64,000 nt of DNA. It comes from Azolla caroliniana (taxonomy: Eukaryota; Plantae; Polypodiophyta). The position numbers and the translations under genes were made by a program. Location: positions 4,898,001 to 4,962,000 of the forward strand of contig JBHGNT010000016.1 in assembly GCA_043228905.1 (NCBI GenBank). The letters are read 5' to 3'. Below are positions 15,261 to 27,687 of this stretch, one piece after another; position 1 is the first letter of the stretch; every line of letters begins with the position of its first letter. The notes below the pieces were generated by a model, which worked only from the letters and a program-made list of their open reading frames with translations, searched no databases and was not told the DNA's origin.

Positions 15261-15269
15261 TATACATAT

Positions 15270-15313
<44 letters not shown>

Positions 15314-16476
15314 AGAATTGTTTTGGCTGCATTCTCGATTATTTTCCGACCAATTATCTCAACATCAGATCCGATCTGTTACAGCTATATGTATTTATAT
15401 TAAAATTTATATGTTCTGAAAATAATCTATCCGCTAATTGATCACCACATTTTAGGATCCGAACATACATCTAAATATTCAGACATACATATGTATACAT
15501 GTAGAATGCATATATGTATCTATATTTGAAGTGTGATAAATTATTTGTTTTGATTAACCAAACAAATCCTTCTTGAAAATAAAATATACATCAATCCGTT
15601 AGCCGTAGATTCAGACACATTTAATATCAACAGACTCTTTTTTTCTATTTTTTCTTCGGTGATCAGTAATTCGACTGCAGTCTAATCCTGCGTCTATTTT
15701 TAGAGTAAAATATTGGGGTTTCAACTGTCTTGAGAAACTTTATAGATCTGCCTTATTGTGTCGGTGTGACGATAATATAATATCGTTCTACATGTATGAA
15801 TATTTGGTGTATAATACAGCGCGTATAGATAGCTGCTCTAAAGGCAAACGTACAAACGCCGTCCATCAGCCATCTGTACGATAGATTTTCAGGCAAATTT
15901 ACTGTTATCATTGCCATCACTGATTTATACGAGTATTTGTAGTCGTAGACGCTTTAATCTTGTGTGCATCTCTTACAACTGTAATATTGAGAACATTTCA
16001 AAATTCTTGGTAGTTTATGTGGCGTTGTATTCCATATCCTTGTTCATTGACTGGTTCTGGAGATGTTTATTATGATATGATAATTCGTAGCAGTTTGCAG
16101 GGATTATCATGTGAGCAGTTCAATAATTAGTTTTAATTCCTCTATAACTCCGCTTGCATTTTTTTTTGTTAGCTCATTTATTAACGGCAATTTTTGACGT
16201 GCAGATGAAAACGGATGGCAAGGAATGTGGAGGGTGAGAGGATTTGGATGGTTTCTCATACCATCTTCTCGATGTGTAAATCATTCACTTATTCAGTCAT
16301 CACAATTCGTTGTCGTTCTGCGTCATCATATTCATCGGTCCTCATCTCATCAGAACGTAATTTGACGACGAGAGAGAGCACGCTTGGACGTATGCATGGA
16401 CGGCATTCATGCATATAATCATGCGTGCTCTTTCGCGTGGTCAGATACTTTGTTTCTGTATTATTCCTCCATATCC

Positions 16477-16519
<43 letters not shown>

Positions 16520-16834
16520 TTTGTATATCCAACACATTGAAACAAGTCATGATCATGGATTATAGATAGCTTGATGAGCTTCCAAACAACAGTGGTATGG
16601 TGGCATGAGGGTTTCCCTTCGATTGCTTAAATGGTTTCTTCTCTATTTTGCACTGTATGTGGATTCTTTTTGTTTTTACCCGTTCATTGTTCATTTCGAT
16701 CTCTAGGTGCGTAATGTAAATTGTCTTTGTTTATCACTTCTTTTGCTTCACTACGCTTTGCAGTGTATGCTCAGGGGAGCTTCTCTTAGATCTGAGGTTG
16801 GTCAGTTTGATTTGATTGCCAGAACATTCAAACG
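14530..16834 (+). ncRNA. Putative spliced pri-miR535 transcript (exon 1 to 14825, intron 14826-16204, hairpin-bearing exon from 16205, further donor at 16835)
   Basis: Donor AAG|GTAGT at 14825/6. T-rich intron ending TTTTTGACGTGCAG|16205. Donor ACG|GTATGT at 16834/5. No long ORF. TSS and 3' end not determinable. Confidence 0.5.
16356..16450 (+). ncRNA. MIR535: microRNA precursor MIR535; mature UGACGACGAGAGAGAGCACGC at 16363-16383, star arm ~16425-16445
   Basis: The 21-mer matches the miR535 family (UGAC[A/G]ACGAGAGAGAGCACGC). The 3' arm GCGTGCTCTTTCGCGTGGTCA (16423-16443) pairs with 2 mismatches and 1 G:U. Upper stem TATGCATG/CATGCATA; lower stem GTAATT/GATAC. Confidence 0.93.
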
Positions 16835-19800
16835 GTATGTGATCTATTCTTAGTCTTGAGATTGGTTTTACTTCACTGTGCACATGATTGATCCCTATTG
16901 TCTTCTTTTATTTGTTGTATTTGTAGTTTTATGCTCACAACGGTAAATTTGTCCTTAATTCTCTAGATTCCGGTCCCTATGCATATTCAATTTGTCCTTA
17001 ATTCTCTTAATTTGTTATTATTATACTTTTGGTCTTAGCTTCAAGATCAGCATATTCAATTTGTGGTTATAATGATAGGAACTAATGATATTCTTTGATG
17101 AATCTAAGGTTACTGCTGTTACCTCTGGCTTTTTAAGAATGCCCTCTTCCTATCAGTCCGTAAAGTAAAATAAGCTACAGGAATAAATCAAATGCAACTG
17201 TCTCTTCTTGTGCTGTTGACATGTATTATTTGCTGTCTCTTTTGAGATTTTCTCAATCAACCAAGCATTTCAATGGTATTGGATCATGACTAGTGGAGTT
17301 CTGGGAGTTGGGTTTCCTCGCATTCAATTAGTCTTTCCAACTGTGTCTACTTTTCTAGAATTACTTTGCTTGAGGGTATTTGGGAGTATCTAGTTGACAA
17401 TATCTGGGCACTTCTGCCTCTGCTGGTCATTGTATGATACTATTTCCCAGAACCTTAATTTCATCGTTCTTTTTAATGGCTTTGATTAAGTAAAGCCCAA
17501 ATTGCTGTTGTTATAACCTTTGTACAATGTAGCTGTTTGTTTTGAGCCAACATTGCGTTAATGCAATGGAAACCTCGCCACCGGCTGTGATATTTTTCTA
17601 CCAGTAGCATTCTTGTTACATTGATGGCCATTTGTCATTGTGATTGTTTTTATTCTACATTTGTTTTTGGGTTTTGGATTGAACATAATAGGTTTGAGAA
17701 CCCGATTTAATAATGGATGAGATGTATACAACCTGGTAGGTTGCAACCCAACACATACTATATGGAAAACATGTAATTTTGAAAAAAAAGTTTTATAAGT
17801 CATGTGGTCTGCTTGTGAGAGGAGGTAGTGACCCAAAAAGATGAAGTAAACAAGTTTTAATGGAATAAACCATCTAATTGTGGCTTCCCATGTTCATCTT
17901 ATATAGTGGAAATACTATGGAGTAACTGCTCTATGAAATACTTTGTTACAGCTACTCTTTAAACTGTCCACTTAATGTCTCTGAAAGTTTTGTTTTAAAA
18001 TTTAACCGAGCGATTGGATTTCAAGCCCTTGATAGATTGAGATGCATTAATGGGTTGATTATATTTGCAAGGATGAATTTTTAACCAACATGGTTTAAAT
18101 TGTTTGCAATGAATTACTTTGTCAATAGTGGCGGGTACATTTTTTATTTCTCAAATTATAACCCTGATGCATGGCAGCCAATATATATTTAAATACTGCC
18201 ATAGAAGGGACTGTAAAAGAAATCTACTGCTAGGGTAACCCTCCTATATTCACAACACCAGATATTCATATTGGTTGTGTTGAGGGATAGTTCTAGAGAT
18301 TGTTTTAGGAGTATGTTTTGGCTTGAATTGTTGTAAGAGGATATTGTATTCGAGGCTGGTTTGATAGAGTAGTGCAATACTGAAAGTTCCTTAAGTATAT
18401 ATAATCTCCAAGGTGTGTTCTCAAGGGATTGGACATGGTGAGGTATATATAGTCTCCGAGATTTGGTAATGGTATGGCCTATGTGCCTTGTAACTTGATG
18501 TCATTGATAATGTTTTGCTCATATTTTTGGGATTAGGTGGTGTGTTGTAATGTGCTAAGTATTGATTCTTTGGGCTTTCAAGTTCAGGCAAGCTTTTAGT
18601 AGAGGCTTTTGAACATCAAGGTATAGCTTTGGCCTAGAGGTTCAGGAATTAGCCTTCTACTTCATTTTTCCTGAATGGTGGTGAAAGGAAGTCTTTTGGT
18701 TCTAGGTTGAAGTGTATAAACTTTGTTTTGGTTGATTAACTTGAGACCACTCTAGGGCATGTAGATGTTTATGTGGTATTTGCACGAATTTGTCTTTGAA
18801 AATTATGAAACGATATTTGTTGTAGGCAACCCTTGTTGGAAGTCTCTATGTTGGGATCTAACAGATGTTTAACAGATGTTCTACCTTGTTCCATTCGTGT
18901 TTTTTGGTGAGGTGAAAGTCATAGAAGTTTGAATTTTGAGGTTATTGTTGTTGAACAAGCCATCACTTGTGTATTAGAAACCTTCTCCCACTTTTGTGCT
19001 CCATCACTTTGAGGTGCTATGTTTGGTGATAGTTAGTGTGTGGACCAATGTTGGAGTACTATGGAGTGTTTGTGCAAATTTGATCGGATGATCTTGTGAA
19101 TTTTGATATTGGTAAATATAACCTATAACAACATCATGACAACCGATGGATGTTGTATTTGTGTTAACATATAGGTCAGGAAACCTAGACATGATGATAG
19201 TTGCACCGTAGATTATTGTCCCAAAAGTCAAAGTTCCTCTAAGAAAGGAGAGTGAGGCATGTGACATTGCCAAGGCAGTGATGCCTTCCAAGTGGAATGG
19301 CCGATAAGAAAGGTGTAAATAAAAAATGCTTGAATGCCACCGTAGGATTTCGATGTAATAGAAGGTGAACCTCCATGTATCAATATGCATTATTACCTTA
19401 ATTATAGATTCCAAATATATTGTGTCCATTTCTATGCTTGAATATAGGTGTTTTTAGTTCTCCAAAATAGTTTTGGGTGAAAGAGAAAGAAACTAAGATG
19501 GAGATGATGATTGATAAATATCGTTTTAAGGTCCACTTTGAGATCAACAATGACCTATGAGACAAGCCCTAGCCCATGGTGAGGATCGAACTTGGGTAAC
19601 AATGCCAAAAGAGGGGCAACATGATCCATGACTTCTTCACCTTCATGATTGAATCATTTTAATGAAGTAGAAGTGTTCTTTGAAATGTTTGGAATGCATA
19701 TTTTAATCTAACTTCATTTTAAAAATGTCTTTATGCTATCGTGCTATACTCTAGGTGCTGTAAATATTGTATTCATTACTGCTTAGATCACAAGCATCAT

Positions 19801-20821
19801 CTTTATTAGCTATAATTTTATATGACTCCCTCCATATTCTATTGAATGCTAATTTTGTGACGGATGGGATTTCATTGTTGTAAAAACATGTGTTGTGACT
19901 CGTGAGCATACCATTTTTATAACCATGTAAAAGGAGCATTTAGTGAAGGTTGTAAAGTGCAAATAGGTTAGGTAATTTGTAAAATGACTTTACTTGGCTT
20001 AGCTATTTCATTGTGTTTTAACTTCATTAGAATGCTTGTACCAATTCGTGTAAACACTTTATCAAAGTACATTATTAATTTGGCGATGGTTTGGATCTTT
20101 ATTTGGCCTTAAATTGAAGCTCAAGCTATAGCTGTCATGATTATGACAAGCTCGTACCTTTGATAACAACTTTGTCTCATCTTAATTGCTTGGATGATAT
20201 ATGTAGGATATCATTGGTATGATGCAAGGGGTTCCCATAGCAATTGGTCTTGTGGAACTAACTCATCAAGGATGATATGTTGAACCCTTTCCTCAAATTT
20301 CTTTGATATAAGTTTATGATTATGTTTTAGTTTGCAATTTGTTATAGTTTGTATCTACAATACGTACTATGAGTATAATCTTTAGTAAATTGGTTGTGTT
20401 CAAACTAGGAGAACAAACCTTATGTGGTTTGCAATTGTATTATGTTAAAGGAAACACCATATGACATGGTTTATAATATTGTGGTACATGAATCTATAAT
20501 TTTATTATACTTGAAAATATGGCCATTGGTTTTAAGTTTTACAATATTTTGTAGATTGTAGTGTGTTTTTACTAGTTCAGTACTACTTGGGTACAATAGA
20601 GGAAAACATATAATATAATTTAGTGCGAACAATTTACTATAAGCTACATAAGGGAATTTTCAATACTATGTTTGCACCATGGTGTACTACGAGGTGGTTA
20701 TTCAATTATATTATATTAGTATTATTTGGGTACTCTCGGAGGAAACATGATACAATATTATTAATTGGGTGATGTATACTTATAGGATGCAAAATATTAA
20801 TATCATTTAATACTAGATGTG

Positions 20822-22872
20822 TTTTTTTTCCCCCCAAAAAAACACTCATTCCATTAGTTATAACATTTTACATATGAGATTAATATATACAAATCCTTAT
20901 TGGGGCGCGATAGGTGCATCTTATATGGATGCCCACTGACTCAATATAGGGGGAGGTCGACCATTGCTGGATGAAGGCTAATCGTTGTCTTTAAACTCCA
21001 TCGGAGTCGCCCTTGAGGCCATCATATTGGCTTTTTAGCGTGGCTACAACTTCATTCCATATCTCTTGCATTAACACTATTGGTTGAACGGTTTGGTTGG
21101 AGAAGATCCGTCTACACCGTTGTTTCCATAGAGTCCAAAGAGTTATTGGGCTGACCCATTCCAACACAACTTGAGATTTGACATTGATAGGAGTTGAGTG
21201 GACATTGTCGATGGTGGATAAAAAAACCTCTTGTGCTTTTATCACCAAAGCCATCCCCTCCTCTTGATGCTCGTATCTGTCAAGTGGGGCTTGCCATGAT
21301 AGCCAACATATATTTCCCCACTTGATTAAGCCTTGCACCTGGCATAATTGCAATAAACGGGTGTCAAGATTCGAACTCTTGACATAACCATGTTATAATC
21401 GAGTGTTATGTGTTAACCACACATCTAGTATATAATCATGTATATACTTCCTCATTGTAGGTTTTAGCTAGAATCATGTGCATAATTTCTCCCTTGTATT
21501 ATTAACACTTGGCACATGCATGCGTACCTACTACCTACATGCTCTATTGTATCACATGCATGCAACAGGTATGCATGCCACTTAGTATAAATAGTTGAGT
21601 TCACGTTGAAGGAATTCAAGGTGAACAACGCCAGTCATGGACATATCAATCTAGTATTCCCATTTCGCCCATCCTCTCTCATTGATCTTCATCTCTATAT
21701 TTATGCTCTTGTGTCATTCCCCGTCTTAAGTTCCTCGTGTCATCGCTCCGTCATAGCCTCATCATCCGTGCTCCATCTTAGTCCGCGCTTGGTGTGTCCG
21801 TGACAACGGGCAACCCCCTACCATATTCGATGGGACTCTGGGCAGTCCCATGAAGCGTGTCGGATTGATTCTATTGCATTTGGGCATGCTACACAATTAG
21901 GAGAGCTAAGGTTCTCACTCTGCCATGCACCAACCGGTAGTGACCTATGTATTAATAGCCATTGGAAAGTGGTGATTCGTTGTGCGTGTTGTTGTTTCCA
22001 GATTTTTTTCCAAAATTTGGTGATAATTGTGTGAGGAACGTGATATGTGTGCTAGACCTTTGCAACAGTTGGCTCTCAGGCGGTTTGAGCAGCTAGAATA
22101 TGGCGACCCAATCTAGTTGTGAATTGAAAGAAAGGGATGGGTTTGCTTCCTTGCCCCGCATAAGGATCATGCCATGTCCATTGCAAAGAGTCCCAACTAA
22201 CCTTACGTAGCCATGTGTTTTCGTGAGTACATATGTGTCAATCTGGTTGTACTTTGATAGGATCAAGATCTGCAATCCATTTATGCCAAGTATACGCTAG
22301 TACTTGAATTGCCTTATTCTGTGTTGGTGTCTCATTGTCTTGCAATTCAGAGCTTGTGATACTATCTGGTGTTTCCCTACCTCTAGGGATCAAAGAGCCC
22401 TCCTCCTTGTAGCCTATCCATTTCTCTATTGTCGTCCTTTGATTAGCAGCTTCCCTAATCCGTAGAGCGTTAATGATTTAAGATCTCATAGCCCATCCAC
22501 CCCTGATTCCATGGAGTATGTTGGCTTGGTCTTGTATTGTCAATAACATAAACCGTCTCCAACATTCTATGCTTTTTCCTGGACCCTCCGCAATGTATCC
22601 CCATGACAACCCCTTTCTTGATCCAATTAGTTGATTAGATTCATCTCTGATACATGGGTTCCATAGGATATGTTGACTGAGCCAAGCAGTTTCAGAGTTA
22701 GGTTGATCGCACTTGAGCCCTTGTCTAATGTCACACCACGCCTTCCACATGGATGCACTGAATCTATCCTCCAATTGGCGGGAGAAACTAGGTTTGAGCT
22801 CCATGTTTAGAATCCATCCAATTTGGGGGTCTCAATTGGCCCTTTTTTTTTGTTTAAAGTAAGTGAAACGAG
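20822..22872 (-). mobile_element. 5'-truncated L1-type LINE (ORF2 C-terminal part with zf-RVT), with target-site duplication
   Basis: Minus-strand peptides WLLIHRSLPV, CVACPNAIESIRHASWDCP and LWTLWKQRCRRIF (20991-21353). T-run (poly-A tail) at 20822. TSD TACTAGATGTG(TT) at 20811-20821 and 22873-22883. Confidence 0.85.
21362..21805. mobile_element. Solo LTR (444 bp) inserted in the L1
   Basis: TGTCA...TGACA termini with a 5-bp TSD ACGGG at 21357-21361 and 21806-21810. Internal TATAAATA at ~21587. It interrupts the L1 reading frame. Confidence 0.9.
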
Positions 22873-23713
22873 TACTAGATGTGTTGTACTATAACTTAAG
22901 AAACATACACACATAAGTTAATATAAATCTTAAAACATATATAGCCTTGTTTCATGTAGACTTTGTTATATGTGTGTTGGAACAAACTTTGAAGGTTATT
23001 GATGTAATAACCAATACAAATTTATTCAGATTTAAACAATTTGATTAAATCAAAAGATTGATCCCCACTAAATTTGTAACATACGTCGATTTCCTTAAGG
23101 ACATATTTTCCCCTATGGTTTCTACTATTGAGCATTTATAGGAGCCAAGTTTGTATACTCAATGTATGGTTTCTTTTCATAGAATGGTATGATATTTGTT
23201 GCTCAGAGATAAGGCAAATCTAGCAATGCAAGCATATTGCAAGATTTTGAAGCTTGATGTGTCAACCTTGTCTCGAAGGAGCATAGCATCAACTTTGAAT
23301 ACATGTATGATGTCGATGAACACATAAATATGTGTAGACTATGCATGTGTATGGCACTTTTCCAAACTTGCATTGAGTTGGGAAGCCCATCAAGCTAGTC
23401 ACTAGAGATTGCAAGATTGTATGAGGAAAGATATCATACATATTAAAATCAAATTTTAAAAAGTAAATATATAAATATTTTCCAATCCACTAAGGAATTG
23501 AACCCTCTTTGTATGAATTTCAAAATATTCAATTTGAAGGGAAATATTGTAATACAGTTTGATATTGTCTTAAAGCTACTATTAGTTACATTACATCAGA
23601 AGTTACAAACTATGTAGAACTTGACAATAATTAGTACCTTTCTCTTTGACTAGGTTAAGGAAGATATAAAAATGTAGGAAAAAAACACAATACTAATAAA
23701 AACTCAAAGCAAA

Positions 23714-25444
23714 GCTCGTTTCTATTTGCAACAAAATAGTATTTAGGAGGAGCAAGGTCATATGTGAAATGCATGGTTTAGGTCCTAGGATATGGTTTGG
23801 GATTCATGTGTAGTTTGCAATATGGGATCAATTTAGAGCTATAAAAGTGCAAATGATATGCCTATTATTTCTAACTCGTTAGCATAACCTGGTAAATATA
23901 TTCTAAGCCAACTATAATGACCTAATCCAACTATCTATATTAACTCGATAAGAATATGTTTGAGTCTAATATTTGTTGACCCAACATGTACTTGGATAAC
24001 TAGTTGCATACCATATTCAATATATGGTATTCTAAAATGTGGGTGTGACTTTAGGTAAGTAGCATTATCATCCTTTAGCATGAGTCGACTTTTCATTGCC
24101 CTCCATACTCCAAGATCAATTGGAAATCCAATGTTAACCTCTTTAAAATGGTTAAGTGTCCTTAAGCACTCCTAATAAATCATTATATTATAAATCATTA
24201 TATTAGCTCGATGATTAGCTTTTTAGTCATTTTGTATGGTTTTTTTTGTTATTTCCATTTTAGTTTTTACAAGCTTTTGATTTAAATCTTCATTTGCATT
24301 TAAGTTCATACTTCTCTCCCACAATCAAGAGAAGAAGTATTTAAGAGAGTGAAAGGAATTGAAAGATTCCTTAGGAAGTTTCGAGTAGTAAAGATTAAGT
24401 GATTGATGCTTTAACTTCTTTTCATCTCTTGGTCGGAAAAATTCTTTTCGGGAAAAGGGATTCGGGTTGTGGGTTTGGGAGATTTCTTATCATGAATCAC
24501 CTTTGCATAGAATGCTTGGGCAAAGGTCTCATGTATTACCTTTGTGTAACAAGCTCAAGGAATTCTATCTAAGACCTCAATGGAAACTTTATTTAAGGCA
24601 GAGTATATTTTGGGTAAAAACACCAAGGGCTCTTGTATGTCACGTATGCTTCATCAATCTTGTCCTCAAATTCTTCGTCTTTGGATCTTGATTAGAAGTG
24701 TGAATTTGATGAAGTTTTATTTGATTTCAAAAGAAACTCAATCATCCTCAAATATCAAATCTTCCTCTTCTACAAAACAATATTGAATCCTTTGCTCATG
24801 TTTTTTATTTTTATTTTATTTTATTTTTCCAAAAAACCTTTGCTCATGTATTGAACCACATGAATAATACATACGAATGATTTAACTATCGAATAAAAGA
24901 AGCATAACATTGGAGGAGTTTGCAAATGGAGGTTGTGATTGGCATTCCAAGAATTTCAATATATTGCACTTTAATATTTAAACTTTTTTGCAAGTGGGAT
25001 GTGGGTTACAATATATTCATTGGGTTAAAGATGTGTTAGAATTTGGGTTATATTCATTGGATTAAAGATGTGATAGAATCTAATAATTGGGTTGGAACCC
25101 ACTAACCTAGTTATTGTAATCAGACCCGAGGGTGGATTAATACACAAAACCATGTGAATCTAGCTTGAGTATTATACGCCAATCTAACCAACCATTTTCT
25201 AGGTTAGAATATATGGGTTAAATTACAATGGTTAAGGTAGAAAATATGGATTAGATGTAGATAGCTAGGTTAGAATATATTAACTAGTTTAGAAATAACA
25301 ATACTATGATTTGCATTTTTTCAACGTCTACATTGATTGGATGGTGTAGATTGCACACTAATCCTGAACCATACTCTAAACCGTTCATTTCATAGATCAC
25401 ATTGCTACCCCTATTTATCATTTTGTTGCAGATATATGTGAAGC
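23714..25444. mobile_element. Non-autonomous Mutator-like element (long degenerate TIRs, 9-bp TSD)
   Basis: CAAAGCAAA at 23705-23713 and 25445-25453. 23724-23820 (tttgcaacaaaatagtatttaggaggagcaagg...ggtttag) is an inverted match to 25350-25432. 23890-23935 is an inverted match to 25245-25290. Confidence 0.7.
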
Positions 25445-27253
25445 CAAAGCAAAGAATAGTATCCTTTAAAGTTTAAACTATACCCACCCACCAACATAAA
25501 CAAGTTAAAGCCACCAACAAGTCTCAATAAGTGGTTTCAATAGCAAGTGTCAACATTGAATTGTATGCCATAAACATTATTAGTGCATTGCAAGATTTCC
25601 AAAACTCTAAAGATGAGAGACACTATGTAAAGTGCATCCTCCACACTATACCATCTCACATGCAATATTCATAGGAAATTATTTTCAACTGTTTTGCACT
25701 ATAGCTTCCCAAGTTTAGACGATGGATCCTTGTCTCTCATTTTGAGTTGTATTGCATTCCCTCAAGTTTTCAAAAACATTATTTTAAGAAAGCTTTCCTC
25801 AAGGATGAAAATGAAAATGGTCCTACCAAAGAAAAAGTTGTCAAAGCACAAGTTTCAATATTTCCATGGAATTTATTGTTTTGAAAATCGCCAATTCAAC
25901 CATGGGTTCAACTTGTTATAGGACTAAAGCATGCCAACACACTATTACTCTTTTCATTTAGAAAATTGCCAGAAATTAACATGAAATAATAGCCAAACAT
26001 TAAAACTTAGATAAAACAATAGGGCCATTACACGGAAAACTATGCAAACTTCAAAGCAAATAATATTATTCTTGGAATGTTATGTCAAGGTTATTACGAA
26101 GTAAGAATATGATTGGTGTAGAACATGATCTGTAGGAATATGACTGGAACATTATATGGCATCTCCCAACTCAACCAAGAAACAACTATCCAATCGAGTG
26201 AAACTATTAGAGCAATATCTTAAACAATGTGTACATCAATGTTATCACCTAAATAGTTCCATCACATTCATATGCTTGTCGAGCACACTAAGGTAATAAT
26301 ACCTATCAAACAAATACAAAAGAAGGGTAAGGACTTCTACTAGTATTGAGAATATACTTACTGACACATTCAATACTAGCACTATAGTAAGTACTAACAC
26401 AACGACAACAATGACATTGTATTGATTGATACAATTGTAATAGAAACTAGCATTTAGTAGATAAGAATACTACCACATAGTACCAAAACAAGAGTGACCG
26501 TATGCGAGCTAAATATTGGAACAACACCAAACATGTGTGTCCACATGTTACATACAATCAGAAAAGAATTGATGCTAATATTTGACACATCATTAGTCCA
26601 AAATCTAGCGAAGATCTATTATTAGTGCATAGACCATCAAGAATTTTTTAAAGACGTGATAACAAAAGATCATAGTACACTCCAAGTTTCTTAATTAATA
26701 TATGTCTATCACAATTGTGTAGATAATGAACTAAATGTTTTAATCTCTCTTTTTATCTATAATAATCTATTAACCTATCAAATGTAAACCTATAATGAAA
26801 TTCTTCATCAACGCACTACTAGTTAACACAATAATATCTATCTATCGTTCAATAAAACAATCTATTAAACCTTTAATTTAATACATTGTCTCTATAACCA
26901 CTCTATTAATCTATAAATGTATGACATTACCAATCCTTCTAAATAAATTAATCTATTGACATTACACTAGCATTTCAATAAGATTAATCTATTAATAAAC
27001 TTAATGTTTTAATTCGCCCTACTGATCTATTGAATACATTAATAGTTAGGCAATTTGAGAGCGAGAGAGAGAGATTCTATAGTGAAAGAAACATTTTTAC
27101 GAGTGTGTGGGGTTTAACAAGTGACTAATGATGTTCAAGGATTTTACTAATATATGTATACTATGACTCTAAGAGAAATTGCATAGAGAATAGGTCAAGG
27201 TTCAAAGTATATTGGGAATGCATATTGGAATGTAATTGAAGATGATGCATACC

Positions 27254-27299
<46 letters not shown>

Positions 27300-27359
27300 A
27301 GTGCATAGAAGAAGGATTCCAAGCCAGTGTGGTCTCCCTGATGTGATAATACTGCAACT

Positions 27360-27455
27360 CACATGATTCTTATAATGATGGGTTTTGACCTTTATCAAGT
27401 CCTCTAAGTCACATGATTCTTATGATGATGGATTTTGATCTTTATCAAGTCCTCT
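27360..27455. repeat. 50-bp tandem duplication
   Basis: cacatgattcttatXatgatggXttttgaXctttatcaagtcctct at 27360 and 27410. Confidence 0.85.
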
Positions 27456-27687
27456 CTTTTCTTTGAAAGCGTAAAGAAAGGAGAAGATGTTTGGATGATG
27501 CCCCAATGAAGTTGAAGATGATTACAAAATATGAGGTGACAAAATATGTTCATAGTTGGACATTGTGATTAATGCACACAACAAAGAGAAAATTGAGATC
27601 AATGTAAAGAAACTTTGAAAATATCTCCCTAGGAAATTGTATACACAAATTGTCTGAATTCTTTCCCTCCGAGCTTTTCTTTTCATC

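Noticed and set aside
19004-19429. 141-aa minus-strand ORF (PFHLEG, possible Gypsy RT/RNase H relic)
   Set aside because: Only one short motif; cannot be supported.
19570-19640. tRNA/SINE B-box-like GTTCGATCC on the minus strand
   Set aside because: No cloverleaf or convincing A box. At most a SINE trace.
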